Assembly: GCA_003971905.1 (NCBI GenBank) | Contig: RSEE01000059.1 | Span: 248,001 to 312,000, forward strand | Source: Moniliella sp. 'wahieum' | Taxonomy: Eukaryota | Direction of reading: 5' to 3' | DNA length: 64,000 nt | Shown: positions 50,517 through 63,294 of the stretch, one piece after another | Layout of the letters: each line of letters begins with the position of its first letter | Numbering within the stretch: position 1 is the stretch's first letter | Translations under genes and position numbers: made by a program | Notes under the pieces: model-generated | Database searches by the model: none | Told to the model about the DNA's origin: nothing | The model's input: the letters and a program-made list of their open reading frames with translations, nothing else

Positions 50517-52057
50517 TCACCGCTCCAAACTTCGCGGCGGCGGGTAGGAAGTGGGGATGAGCAGCACGTGGTCGTCGCCATCCGCACTGCGCTGGTGGGG
50601 TGCAGCCGCAGGCGCAGGCGCCGCAGGCGGGTCCAGCGTCTGTCCTGGCCACAGGCTCACGATCCAGGGCAGCGTGAGAGGGGCCAAATCGTAACCGGAT
50701 CCGGTGCCCGGCAACGTGCCTGAACCATGGGCGGGGTGGGGCCGCATCCGGGGAGCTAGGCGGTAAGAGGCGTGGTTCGGGCTGCCTTGTCGGCCCGTCG
50801 CGCAAGAGGATGAGGATGAGGATGAGGGTGAGGATGAGGATGAGGGTGAGGATGAGGATGAGGAAGAGGTATGGTGGCGGCTCGGCAGGGTCCTCCGGGC
50901 CTGGCTTATGGCGAAGGAACGAGTCGATCATGTAAAATTGCAGTACGTTCATCACGGTGGGAAAGATGGCCATGACAAAGAGCACTTGGACCTCGGATGG
51001 CCCTTGCCCAGCGACACCACTGCCCGACCCAGGGTGCTGAGCCAAGGCACGAGCGCCAAGAGAAGCGTCACTGCGCCCTTCATCACGGTCACCGCGGCGC
51101 AGTAGAGCAGCGCTTGGCGCGCCCAAAACGACAGCTTGATGGTATTGCTCGGCGCGGCGGCCGGACGGACCTTGCTCCTCGTCCCGCCCGCGGCCCCACG
51201 CAGGCAGGTGCTCATCTCCCCTCCACTCGGGCCGGGCCACGAGCCGAGGTCGTCGGAAAAGCGCCGCTCCAGCAGAGGCTCGGCAGTGGCCGTGCGGGCA
51301 TGCGCCTTGGTCCCCCGGTGTTCGACCGCATAGCGCGGCGTGGTGAGAACCAAGGGCCCCTCCAGTGCTTCTTTCGGCGGCGGAGGCGGGACGTGTTGCG
51401 CCGAGTCGCATACTCGGGGAGAAGGAGCGGCGGCCGGAGGCGGATGGGCAGACGCATGGCACGTATGGGAAGCAGGCTCGTCCGAGGTCAGGGGCACGTA
51501 GTGGCCGGTGGAGGCAAAGTGCGGGTTGGGGGTGTAGATGCCACTCTGGAAACCATCGAGCTGCAACTGGTCCACCACCACCCACTCGAGCCCGGCCAAG
51601 GCGGCGCGGATAATGACCACGCCCAGGGTGGTGTCGAGTGCAATGTTGAGAAAGTAGAGGGAGCAAGCGGACGATTGAGCGGGGCCGCCGGCAGGGGCCA
51701 ACGCAGCGCTGGCAGCCGACGCAACGGCGGTAGCGGCGCGGCGCAGGAGCAAGGGTGCGGGACTGCTGCTGCTGGGCACGCCAGTGGGCACAGCAGGCGC
51801 GGGAGCCGGCGCTGGCGCACCAACCCCACGGCAGAGAGGGCTACGTTGCAGACATGAACGTATACCTGGCCGGTGAGTTGTTTGGACACGTCCAGGACCC
51901 AGATGCGCCAGGGCCGGCGCGGGTGCTCGCGATAGCGCTTGAGGATGAGGGAGAGGATGACAATGAAGCCCATGCCGGCCTGGACCAGGAGACTAACGCG
52001 CCGAGCAGCCGGCAGGCGCCGTCGACGACGGCGGGTCGTGGGGGGGGGTGCTGCCAT
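50517..52057 (-). CDS. STIMATE/TMEM110-family (YPL162C-like) membrane protein; apparent frameshifts, 3' end approximate
   Basis: LLVQAGMG...KRYREHPRRPWRIWVLDVSKQ...HVCN, CSLYFLNIALDTTLGV, QVLFVMAIFPTVMNVLQFYMIDSFL. Confidence 0.85.
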
Positions 52058-52167
52058 CGAGCGGGGTGCCCGCTATTGGCGGGGGGGGGGACATGGCCGA
52101 GGGGAGGTGGGGGGGGCGGGCGAGGAACACCACGTCAGCCCAGCTGGTGTTCGCAGGGGGAGTGTGT

Positions 52168-52270
52168 CACGTGCAGGGGCACGTGATGGAGGACACGTGA
52201 TGGAGGACACGTGATGGAGGACACGTGATGGAGGACACGTGATGGAGGACACGTGATGGAGGACACGTGA
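52168..52270. repeat. 14-bp tandem repeat (CACGTGATGGAGGA)6 plus partial copies; 8 E-boxes
   Basis: CACGTG at 52168, 52180, 52194, 52208, 52222, 52236, 52250 and 52264. Confidence 0.95.
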
Positions 52271-52566
52271 CGTGGGCGGGTGTTGTACCGAAGGGGTGGG
52301 GGTGATTTCAAAGGTGGCTTGAAGGCAGAGTGGGGCGAGGAGGAGGCGCACGCACAGACAGACAAGGCGCCCCGCTGCGGGCGGGCGGGGGGAGGAGGTA
52401 CGTATAGGCGGCCGAGGGAACATGGTGGGTTGGGCGGGGCAGCGGCGCGGGCAGGCGAGCAAAGGCGGCTGCCATGGCGATGGGCCGAGGCGTTGAGCAG
52501 CGCGTAGGCGGCCACGGGTGCAGGCGGCAGGCGGTATGCACTCAGCGCACGCCGCCCAGCCCATAA

Positions 52567-55500
52567 TGTGCCCCGCATCTCCCAGTAACCTAACCCCCTC
52601 CACCACCACCACCTCCTCCTCTCCTCCTCCTCCTCCTGCGCCATGCCCCGCCTCGCCCCCCTCCACCTCCGCCGCCGCCCCCGCGCCCCTCGCCCCCGTC
52701 CTCGCCGTCGTCCTCGCCCCGTCCTCGCCCCCGACCGCATCCGTCCGCACCCTGTCTGCTGCTCCTCATGCCCGCCCTCGCCCTCGGCCTTCCTCGGGCA
52801 AGATCATGCGTCGCACCCCCCCGCAGCTGCGCCTGCCGACCCCACATCCTCCGCCCTGCCCCCCACCCCATCACCCCCCGCCCGCGTCCTGGGCACCCCC
52901 CCACTCCAGCTGCCTTGGGCATGGAGCCCGCCCCGCGCACCCTCACCCCCACCTCTCGCCAGCCCCTCGACCCGCCCCTCTCCGACACCCCTCCGGCATG
53001 CTGACCAGCCACGGCACCCACCCCGACCCCAACCTGACCGGAAGAAGAAGAAAAGAAGAAAAAAAAAGAAACACATGCTCCGGACCCCTGCCGACGGTCT
53101 CCTCTCGCCTTCCGACACGGACGGCATCCAGGATGGTACCCCGACGCCATCCGCCGACACAAAGAAGCCTAGCAAGAAACCCCACAAGACCGTGCTCTTT
53201 GACCTTGTCTCCCATCCAACCAGTGCCGACGAAGCGGATGACTCTGACGCCCACAAGTCACACAAGAAAAAGAAGAAGAAAAAGAAGATGTCGGTTCCCA
53301 TTGCTGGCAACGCACATCTTGGCCCGCACACCATCCAGTCCATCGAGACAACCCGCCTCGATCCGCCTTCCTCTCACGCGCTTGCACCCCTGGGTACGTG
53401 CCCCGCGACCCTCACCTACTGTGCAGTCGCCATACTGACCTTTTTGATCCTCCCACTCAACGGACCAGCAGCTGCTCCTAGCCCCTTGCTGTCCCCCCTA
53501 CCCGCACAGAGAACACCTGCTCCCGCCCCACTTTCCCGCCCAGCACGCTTCCCTGGCGAGCCAAACCCCGTATCCGACCCTGAGCACGAACCCAAGTTGC
53601 AGTTTGGTCCGCGGGCAACCCGGCGCTCGTCGCGGTTGCTCGCCAAAGCCGAAGCGCGTCGGTCGATGGCAACGGGGGGGAATACGGAACTGCTGGGTCT
53701 GCCGTCCGATACGTTTTCTTGCCGCCGACGGCACTGGGCGGAGGGAAATCCAGTGGCCAGACCGCTCGTCCCCAGGCTCGGTTCTTGCAACGTGCCGAGC
53801 CAGCGTGGGCTGCCCCACCCCTCGGTGAAGACGAGAAAGGATGGGAGAGTACGACTGTACATGCCAATCCCAACCTGAATCCGAATCTGAATCCGAACCC
53901 GAGTCCGAGTCCGAGTCTGAATGCCAAGGCGACGGATACCCCTGCTGAAATGGGCAGTGTGTTGGACATTTCGTTCACCCCTGACCTGTCCCCCCGCATG
54001 CACCCAACACTTGCGTCCGAATCGGAGGAGGAGAGCGTGGTGAGCGTTGGAGAAGGGGAGACGACCCCTCCTCCCGCGCAACCGGTACATACACGTGGGT
54101 CGCGCTGGAGTGGCGAACGCCAAGCGACCTCATCCGACGATGAGGAGGCCCGCCACGACGGCCGGGCCTGGTCGGAGGAGGAGGAGAGGAAGAAGACGAA
54201 GAAAACGAAGGAGGAAGAAAAAGAAGATGAGGAGGAGGGAGAAGAAGAGAATGATGGCTCTGCTAGGGCAAACCGGTTCCACTTCTCCTCTCGCCCGTCG
54301 GTTGTGATGGAAGTATCTGAGCCAGCTACCAGTGTCACATCCAGCGGAGACCACCACCGCGCCCCTCCGCCCGCCCGGCCGCGGGCGTCGGCAGTGGACG
54401 TGCTGGCCGCAACGACGATTCCCATCTCTCCCATACTGTCCTCGCAAGATCTGAGCAGGGAGCGCACCGATCCATTTACCCGCACCGTATCGTACCCGTC
54501 GGCGCTAAGGATTCCCTCTGCTTCCCTCCTTCTCCTTCTCCTTCTCCTTCCCCTTCGCCCCCGCCCGCCAAGAATAAGTCCAAGACCAAGACCAAGACCA
54601 AGGCCATGACCCCGACCACACTGGAGACGTCCACGCCATCGCAGCCGTTGGACCCGGGCGAAAACATACGCAAGAGAGGACGTCAACGCTGCTGTTACGT
54701 CCGCCTGTGGTTCCTCGACCAACGCGTCACTCGACAGATGTGCCACGGACCATGGGTTCGTACCGCACCGAACGAGAAGAATGGCACGACGCCTCACGTC
54801 CACGGGAACGGTACGGGAGGGACCGCATGTCAGTGGCTCTATTTCCACCCAAGAAGGGCGAACGAAGCTTTTCGTTAGACTTGGACCGGGCAGCGTACCT
54901 GCGGTCTGGCGCGCCTTCCCTCGCCCGAAGACCGGGGCTGGACAAGTCCTACTCCGATCACGCCGTCCCCGCCTCGGGACCGGCACTGGTGCCCAAGAAA
55001 AAAGGTGAGGCACTTACTTCCCCCGTCGCGGTCGCTACGAATGTACCAGGCTACGGCGCACCGCACCCTTCCTCCGGCCAGCCGGTACCGACGCGCAAAC
55101 CGAGCCGATCCCAGCCCCGCACTGCGCCCCGTCCGTCCGAAGAAGACGTGCCACCGTCCCTGTTGTCACCCACCGCGCTGACCGTCCCGCTTTCTGCCAC
55201 CTCCACCGTGACTTCCCTGCCGCCGCTTCGGACCCCGAAGGGGGCCCAGGTCGCGGGTCCCGCACGAGACCGGCGGAGCTGGGTGCGTAGCCCGGTGCGC
55301 AGTCCGATGCGCAGTCCGCATGCCCAGACACTTTCGATCGACGAGGAGGACGAGGAAGCAGTGGCTATGCAGCGTGGCGAACTTCATTCGTGGGAAGAAG
55401 CGGTGGTACGACAAGCGCAGCACTTATCTGGCCGTGGCACGGGGCCTATTAATACGCCGATCCACACCGACACCAAGAAATCTGTGTCCCGATCTTCTTA

Positions 55501-57786
55501 CCTCGCGCCAGCGGCGCAGGTACAACGCCCTTCGATCGTCTGGGCCGACCAGCTTACCGCCCACCCTATCGTGCCTCGTACTCAGCCGTCCCCTCCCCCG
55601 GGCCAGAGGCCCCACTCACCATGGAGCAGCACGCGCGGATCGGTACAGGACGACCGATGGACCGCACCCACTTCGGCCGGGTCGCGCCGACGCAGCCACC
55701 TGGCCGCCCTGACCGAGCCAACGCCCGGCCCAGCGCTAGACTCGGACGCCGAACTGGCCCACCCAGGTGCCCACCCTCCTTCGCGCGCCCACCGTCGCGC
55801 GTCAGAGGACTTGGGCGCCAAGTCGGGCCGCGCGCGCGCGCGAGCGCGCGCGCAAGACCGACGACCTCGACCTCGACCTCGAGGTTAACCGTAACCTCGA
55901 TTTCCCGCCCCACCCGCGCTGCGCACGCGGTCGCAGCCTCGTATGCGCGACGAACTGACGGGGCGGCGCAGGTCCCCCAGCCGAGACTTCGTTGCCGCCC
56001 TGCCGTCCGGCATGGCACTCACGCTGGAGGGGGCAGAAAGCGCGGTAGCCAGCTTGGTTCGGTGCCCGCTGCCGAGGCTGAGCGGGACCTTCTCCCGCGC
56101 GAGGTGGATGGACGACGCGAGGCTCGAGATCATAGGAACAAGCTGCACGCGCCTAACCCGCCGAAGCAAATGCACACGCCTAACCCGCCCCCGCAGATGC
56201 CCAAGTGGAAGCTGCAGCAGATGGAAGAGGCATCTAAGCGTGCTGTCCCGCCCGCCGTGGGGGAGGAAGCAGGGGACGAGAAAGAGGTAAGACCGTCTCC
56301 GTCTCCGTCTCCGTTGGCGGTGACGTCGTCTCTGGTTCCCACTTCGTCAGCTTCGGCCTCCCTCCCGGCCTCGGCCTTGGCCTCGGCTCTGCCTGTGGGG
56401 CCGAAGGAGAAAGAGACAGACAAGGAGAAGGAGAAGGAGAAGGAGAAGGAGAAGGAGAAGGAGAAGGAAATGGGAAAGAAACCAAAGCACCGTCTTCTCC
56501 TAGCCTCGTTCCGCCACTCTCGCACGCTCAGTCCCAGCACCTCGTCCCTCGTCCCGCCCCTCCCGCATGACCTGCACATCGATACATCCGTACCCACCTT
56601 GACCAACCCGCCACACCCACACCCACACCCCTCAACCCTCCCGGCCCACCCATCCTTCCGACCTGCCCACGCCCACGTCCACCATCCCATCCACCCTCCC
56701 TTCCACCTTCCGTCCACGTTTCCGCCCACGCCCATAGCACCCAGCGGCGTGCTCTCACCCCCGCTGGATCCTACGTACGACGTTTGAGCTTCCTGGGCCC
56801 GCGCACCGCTCCCCCTCCCGTCCACGGTGTCCCCTCAGCTGGGCCCAGTAACAAGGAAGCAGGCCCGGCCGACCCGGGTCGCGGCGCAAGTGTCCGCCAT
56901 TTCTTCCGCTCCTTGGGCCGGGGGGCGGGAGACGGGACTCAGATCGAGCCCGTTACTCTGGCCTCTGCCGGTACAACTACCGCTGCTAGAACCGCGAGTA
57001 CCGGCACGGCGAGCGGGACTGCCACCACGGCCGCTCCTGCACTTGCAGGGCCTTCGCCCCCACCTTGACGCCCACACCCATACCCCACCCACACCCACCT
57101 CGCCCTCGCTTCCGTCTGCCCCTACCGTGCTGTGGGATGCGAACCGGGCGTGGCCGCTAGGCCAGCCGTTGGGCCGGGCCGGACCACCGAAGGTCCCGTA
57201 TCCCCTCGGGCTATGGGACTGCCACCTGCCCCGCCCCGTTCGCCCCGTTCGCCCCACACACCCCACTTGCCCCACATGCCCACTTGCCCATTCGCCCCCT
57301 CCGGCCAACCCGAAACCGACGAAACCAGCCAAACCAGCTAAGCCACCGGGCGAACGCAGTTCCCGCGCGACCATCTTATCCTCCATGCCCGTTGGGCCCT
57401 GGACCTTCCCTCTGCCAGAACGGGCGGGGAGGTACGGTTACAGCTCCAGCTTGTCGGTGCCAGGCCCCGCACCCGCACCCGGGCCGCCGGGACCGCCTGC
57501 GTCGTGGATGGCACCCTCTGCAGGTAGGCCGCTGGGCGCGCGTGAGGAGCGCAGGGTCAGCGTACCGTCCTACGCTGCAGGTCTGCCTCCCCCCCTCGGA
57601 CCCGCGGCGCCGGTGGTGGTATCGCCGGGGGCCGGGTCGGCGCATGGGTATGGGTATGGATTCGGCAGCCCGATTAGCCCGGTTCAGCGGCGCGGTTTAG
57701 TCCTTTGGGCGGCGTGTTGGACTAAAGGCCCACTGGACCAACACGACGGGGGAGAGGCGTGTGATCTGATCTTGTGTTTTTCTTGA
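52567..57786 (+). CDS. Large low-complexity, probably disordered hypothetical protein; introns and frameshifts unresolved
   Basis: Chain of + ORFs with a poly-Lys tract, (NP)n, acidic tract, (KE)n and (HP)n. Probable intron ~53394-53470. No family recognised. Confidence 0.5.
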
Positions 57787-59004
57787 TCTTTCTCTTGATT
57801 TTTCCTCCTCTTCTCCTCCTTCGTCCCTCGCTGGCCTCACGTTTCGGTGCTTGGGCGGCAAGGAGAAGGGGGGTTGGATATTCCTTGTTTTCCTTCCAAC
57901 GGCCCCACTCGGTTGAGCTGGTACGTTTGGTTTGGTTCGGTTGGGTTGGGTTTTGGGCCGTGGGTTTTGGTTTACTGTTTTCCTTCGCTATCGTTCTCGC
58001 TCTTGCTCTCGTTGTCGTTGACGTTGATCCAACGTCCATCTGTATGGACCAAAGAGATACCTTTTTTTTGTTCGTTCTGCACTATCTGCTCTGCTCTCTG
58101 CTCTACTTTGCTCTGCTTTGCTCGCTGCTCTGCTCTCTGGTCTGTTTTGGCTTGGGTTTTGGTTTGTTTTGGTTGGGGGGGGATGATGCCCGCTGGCTTT
58201 GTACTTGCTGTAGACTCTCACTTCTCACCAGTATCCCATATCTCTGTCTCTCGTCCTTTTGGGTTCCGCACGTCCTTTGCTTCCCTACGTCCTTTGCTTC
58301 CTCACACCCGACGGTCAGGATGTTTGAACCTTGGATTGTGTCTTATCAGACTTGTAGTGTCCCCTCCTATATCCCCCGTTACGACTACCTACCTCCCTCA
58401 TCTCTCTCCTAACCTGAACCTGTACCCGCCCCCGCCCCTTGGTTCCCCCTCACAGATCTATCCACATAGCAGCAAAGTCCCCATTTTGCGCGCGGTGGTC
58501 TTGCCCTGGGCCGTAGGGTTGCCAAGCAAACAGCCGAGTGGTTACAGAGGAACTCTTATCGTCTTTAGGTCATCCCCGGTGGAGAGAAAGCGCAGAGGCC
58601 CAGAAGTACAATAACCGCGTTGCTACGCCCCTAGGCCCTCGCCCCTTTTCTTTCTTGTCCAGTCGCATTTTTCGGTCGCGAACATCGAGTGGGTTCATTC
58701 TGTTAGCCGAACTACGATATGGGATGCATCTGTGGACACGACAAGTGGTGGAAGGCGGTAATAAGGCCGAAAAGATATCGAAAAGAGGTATGGTACATGC
58801 ACGAGAGTAAAAAAGAAAACAGGGTGACAATGGCAAACCGCACAGACGAGAGAAGCTAGCTTGAACAGCTCGCACTTTCGACGAGGCGGAAGATGGCAAG
58901 AGAGGTAGAGTAGAGGGCATCAAAGCATACCGAGTCAAAGGAAACGAGTGACGAAGATCATTGATCAGGGAAACAAGGTGCACAGATTGTTCACACTGGA
59001 GAGA

Positions 59005-61018
59005 TTAGTGTCCAAATTCGAGGACCGACTTGCCAGCGCTCGTGTCGAGTTTGACAAGGGATTGATCGGTAACCTCTTGAGTGCCCGCACGGGTCAAGGT
59101 ACCGCTAACTTCCACCTTGCCCCCAACAGTTTTTTGGGATGGCTTCCATTTCCGAGACAAGTCCGACACTGCCGCGGGAGGGATAACCTTGGTTCCCTTG
59201 CGACCAGACACATCCACGTGCCCGACAAAGTGTTTGTCCAAGACCGCATACACGCCCCCAGCCTTGCTGCTGGCGTTGATTTGGACCGGGACCAAATCGG
59301 ACTGCGGGAGGAAAAGAAGGTTGACCGCGCCTGCCTTGGTCTGGGCTTGGACCGAGACCGTCTTTACAAACGTCTCCGAGGGACGGAATCCATAGAGCTG
59401 TGGCTTCTCCACTTCGATCGGCAAGGGCCCAATTTCGCCAGATCCGACTTGGAGGCTAATCGAATGGTTGGCATAGATCTTGCCGCTGCCATCGGCAGTG
59501 GCGTTGGGTGCGGAAAAGATGGAACCCGAGCCGGTGGTAATGTCCAAAGTGGTAGCTCGGATGTACGAGCCATGGTTCAACTCGACCCCTCCCGCTTGGG
59601 TGTGAATCGAAGCTTCGCGCCATACCTCGAGACCCATGCCAGGTCCGATCCGTACCGCGCCGGCTTGGGTGGAAAAGTCGAGCATGTGGGCATGCACATT
59701 GCCTCCGACCAAAATGTCACCCGAGCCAGTACGGACGGTGAACACGCCCGCCGTCTCCAGGGGCCGATCCAGGTCCCAGCCAACGGCCACCCGGCCGGAA
59801 CTCGTCTGAACGTTGAGCGCACCAAAGTGGGTGAGAGTGGATTGGTCCATGTGAATGTTTTCAAAGTGGCGCTTGGCCATCCCACCGTTCCGGTTCTCCC
59901 CCTGCTCGCCCTGGTTTTCGGGGGGCGAGAGGGAAGGGCCCAAGCCATCAAAAGAGCGCGACATGCATCGAGGTCGTCTTGACATCAAACATGGGGATGG
60001 GAACGTGTTTGGGAATGAGCACTGTCACGTCCCATTCGACCGCATGCTTGCCCGGGATCGGGCGCGTGTAGATGCCTACGCCTTGGTGGAAGGCGTTGGA
60101 GCCAAGCTTGACGACATTGGCTCCACGGAAGTATCGCTCCTTCATCTTGTCGTATTTGGCCTGGACAATGACCTTGATTTTGGCCTGCAGGTCTGCGGGA
60201 ACCCCGTGGTCCACCGGATCTTCAACAAAGCGGATGGTACCCTTGGCAGAGCCGCGCTTGTCTTCGGGGGGCAATTCGGTGGTGGGGAGGATCAACCAAG
60301 ACATAGAGGTGGTCCCCGGCGCCAAAGGAAGGGGGCACCGTCAGTTCAAACTCGCTCGAAGCCGTGCAGAAGAGGTACGAAGAAAAGCTGTTGGTAACCT
60401 TTTCCAGCCCACAGCCCTTCATTGTCCAATTGGCCGATTGGCGCACATGACCGTCCTCGGGGAACGGCTGAGGGAGCGTCTCATAGGGCTGGCGCCAGGG
60501 CCACAAGTAGGTTAGCTAGCTCGTTCGCGTGGCTCCCCAAGCAAGGGCGCAAAGCGCGTACATACCTCGATGTCTTCCCAGTTCCAAAAGCCGTCCTCGC
60601 CCTCGGTATCGCCAGTGAGGGCAGGGCCGGTAAAGATAAACAGAATCCACAGCCCCGTAAGGACAAGAAACACGTGACCCAAACGCGACTTGGGCCACAA
60701 ACGGCCAAGGCCGAGCTTGGTGCAACGCCACTTGTCGCTGATGGATTCACGAACACCTTCGGGGATGCATTGTGGGAGGGCGCCCAGGTGGTCCTGGAGG
60801 GTAGCCCAAGTGGAGCGGTGGTTGAGGTCGGCACGCATCACATCGTTGTACGAGGGCGGCAGGGGCGGATACTTGCCTTCCTCGTCGCCGGCGTCGGGGG
60901 CAGAGCGGGAGGAGCTAGCCTCCTGGCTGATGCTGAGGCGGTCGTCGGGGACCTCGACGCCCTCGACCATGAGGAGAGGCACGCGCACCTCATCGGCCGG
61001 CCGGATGGAGGAGGACAT
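59005..61018 (-). CDS. Single-pass membrane protein with putative adhesin-like (DUF4097-like) beta-repeat region; intron ~60507-60564, apparent frameshifts
   Basis: PPSY motif and a TM segment (VFLVLTGLWILFIF), then repeated xxTxxGxI/V units (VQTSSGRV, VRTGSGDI, FSTQAGAV, IHTQAGGV, ITTGSGSI, AQTKAGAV). Confidence 0.65.
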
Positions 61019-61537
61019 GGTGTGGGTGATGGGGTGATGGGGTGGTGGGGTGGTGGGGTGGTGGGGCGGGGCGGCGGGGGGACGCAAGAGGCGGCTGCCT
61101 GAAGGCCTGAAGTGGCCAGGGATCGACGCACCGCACAACCCTAGCGCGCGTTTGACGTGGCAGGGTTAGTAGCCGCGCGCCCCAAAATGGGGTGAGTGTG
61201 GGTGGGTGAGTGCTGGGTACCGGTGAGTACTGAGTATGTATACGAGTGGAGCGCGTCAGCAGCTCAGCCCAGCCCCGGTCTTCCGCCACCCCCAGCGGCC
61301 CGACTACCGCCTGCGCGGCTGGGGCGGCCAGGGCCAGCCATGCCCCGTGTCCGCCCTGAACTGGGCGCATCATCGCACGATTCTGCCCCCACGACGCCCC
61401 GACAACATCATCCAGCTATGTCAAAATGACTGATCGTCAGGCCTCAGGCCAGCCTCAGGCGCCGGTCCATCTGTTCCATCCAACCCACGCAACGCCGCCG
61501 TGCCTCTCGAGTCGCCTTCTCTGGCGGGCACGCTGCG

Positions 61538-63294
61538 TCAAGCACTCGTCGCCTCGACCAATTTCGCAACCCCCGACGCCAGCTTGTCCAGATCCTCCGC
61601 CGAGTTGCACTCGGCATAGACCCGCACACAGTCTTCCGTCCCCGACGGCCGCACAAACGAGCGTGCACCCGGAATGGTAGCCACCAGCGCGTCAATCTGC
61701 GCCTGCAGGCCCGGGGCGAAGTCAGCTTGCGCTCGGCGTCGGTCGTCTTGAAGACAAAGCGGTCCTTGACATTGACCTTGAGCAGCTTGTTGGGCAGGTC
61801 GGTGTAAGACGCATCCCACTCCTTAGTCCCCCATTGCTTGGCCCGCAGCACATACTCGACCAGAAGCATGTCGCTCACCGCATCGCCAACAGTCTGGTTG
61901 ATCACGTCCACCAAGCCCGCCAGTTCTTCAAGAGCATGTCTGGGCCTGCTCGGTCGCCTTGGCCAGCGCGTCCTTGATCCGCTGTTGAGCGGCAGGGGAA
62001 AAGAGAACAGTGCCATGACCGTTGGCCTCAAAGTACACCCCACATCGTAGTGTTCGGCGGCATGGTGGAGGTGCTTGACGCCAGTCGGGGTGCAGGTGAT
62101 GGGCACCCGCTGCGCCAGGTACTTGTTGAGCTGCCGTTGGCATAGGCCGTCTGAACACAGCCCACCTCGATGGCTACCCCGGCCTTTTGGCAAGATCAGA
62201 AATGTAATCGGCTGCCAGGGAAGCAATCTTATCGCCGTCCAGCAACCGGAAGGAGGTCTTGTCTTGGGGCGGGCCAGCACAGTAAAAGTACACAATCCGG
62301 TCGGCATCGCCATCGTACGCGGCCAAGCGGTCGTACGGCTTGATTCCGAGCGAAGCGTCCTCAAATCCCACGGGCAAGCTCTGGTGCGTCTTGACATAGT
62401 CGCCCCGCTCCCGTTGTTGAGCACGCCAGGAGTGGTAATGTCGGTGCGGAGGATGCGAACGGACAAGTTGGAGGAAGGGATGTGCTCTGTCAACTTCTTC
62501 AATGACACAGCACCCACACCATTGGCACAGTCGACGGTCAGAGGCGAAATCTCTGGCTTGCCCTCAACCAGGGTGTTGTAGGCATGGCTCAGCTTCTGGT
62601 AGTACCCCTCGAGCGTGGGCTCGCCATACGCCGGGGGGTACCGGCAGTGTTGTTGGCCAAGACAAGGTAGTGCAGTTGGGGGGTGGTGACCAGGCCAGCA
62701 TCAATGATCTTGGCACCAAGGGAGGCCAGACCATCCTTGACCGCCGTGGCCAATGGTACAGAGCTAGGGCGAGTGTCGTAGCCCACCACTACCGTCGCAG
62801 GCGTGGCCAGATCAATCTTGAATTCGAACACAAGTTTGTCCAGCACGCCAATCAGCTCCTCGGGGGAACTGGCATTGGCGAGCGACGAGCAAAACGGTTC
62901 CCACGGAGCCTCGAGCATCTCGCCCCGCGCATCGACGGCCTTGATGCCATTGTCCTGCCAAGCCAAACACGGGTCAGCACCGTTCCCACCAAGGGGAACG
63001 CAGGGGGGGGGTGACGCGACGTACCTCTTCGGGGTTGGCTAGCGGTGACCATGAGGCCAGTATACTTGCCTCCAAGCGCCTTGCTGCGGAGGGCACCAAT
63101 AAGGCCCATGCGGAAGCAGACGCCATCGAGGACGTTGGCCTGGCACAGGCGTCAGCTGGGCTGGTGGGGGGGGGGCGGGGGCGGAGGGGGACGTACTTGG
63201 TCCGGAGACCGGCGGTGCCATAGGTGAACTTGACGCCGGCGGGGGTGGGGTGCTTGGCGGAGGCAGCGAGGATGGCGTCCGAGGGCAGCGACAT
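61538..63294 (-). CDS. PCM1: Phosphoacetylglucosamine mutase; 2 introns near the 5' end, several apparent frameshifts
   Basis: FTYGTAGLRT, GLMVTAS, DNGIK, GYDTRPS, TTPQLHY, VDCANGVG, YDGDADRIVY, LLDGDKIA, TGVKHLHH, YFEANGHGT, INQTVGDAVSDML, RSFVRPSGTEDCVRVYAE. Confidence 0.95.

Noticed and set aside
52180..52270. CRISPR-like array
   Set aside because: Contiguous 14-bp units without unique spacers, in a eukaryotic genome with no cas genes.
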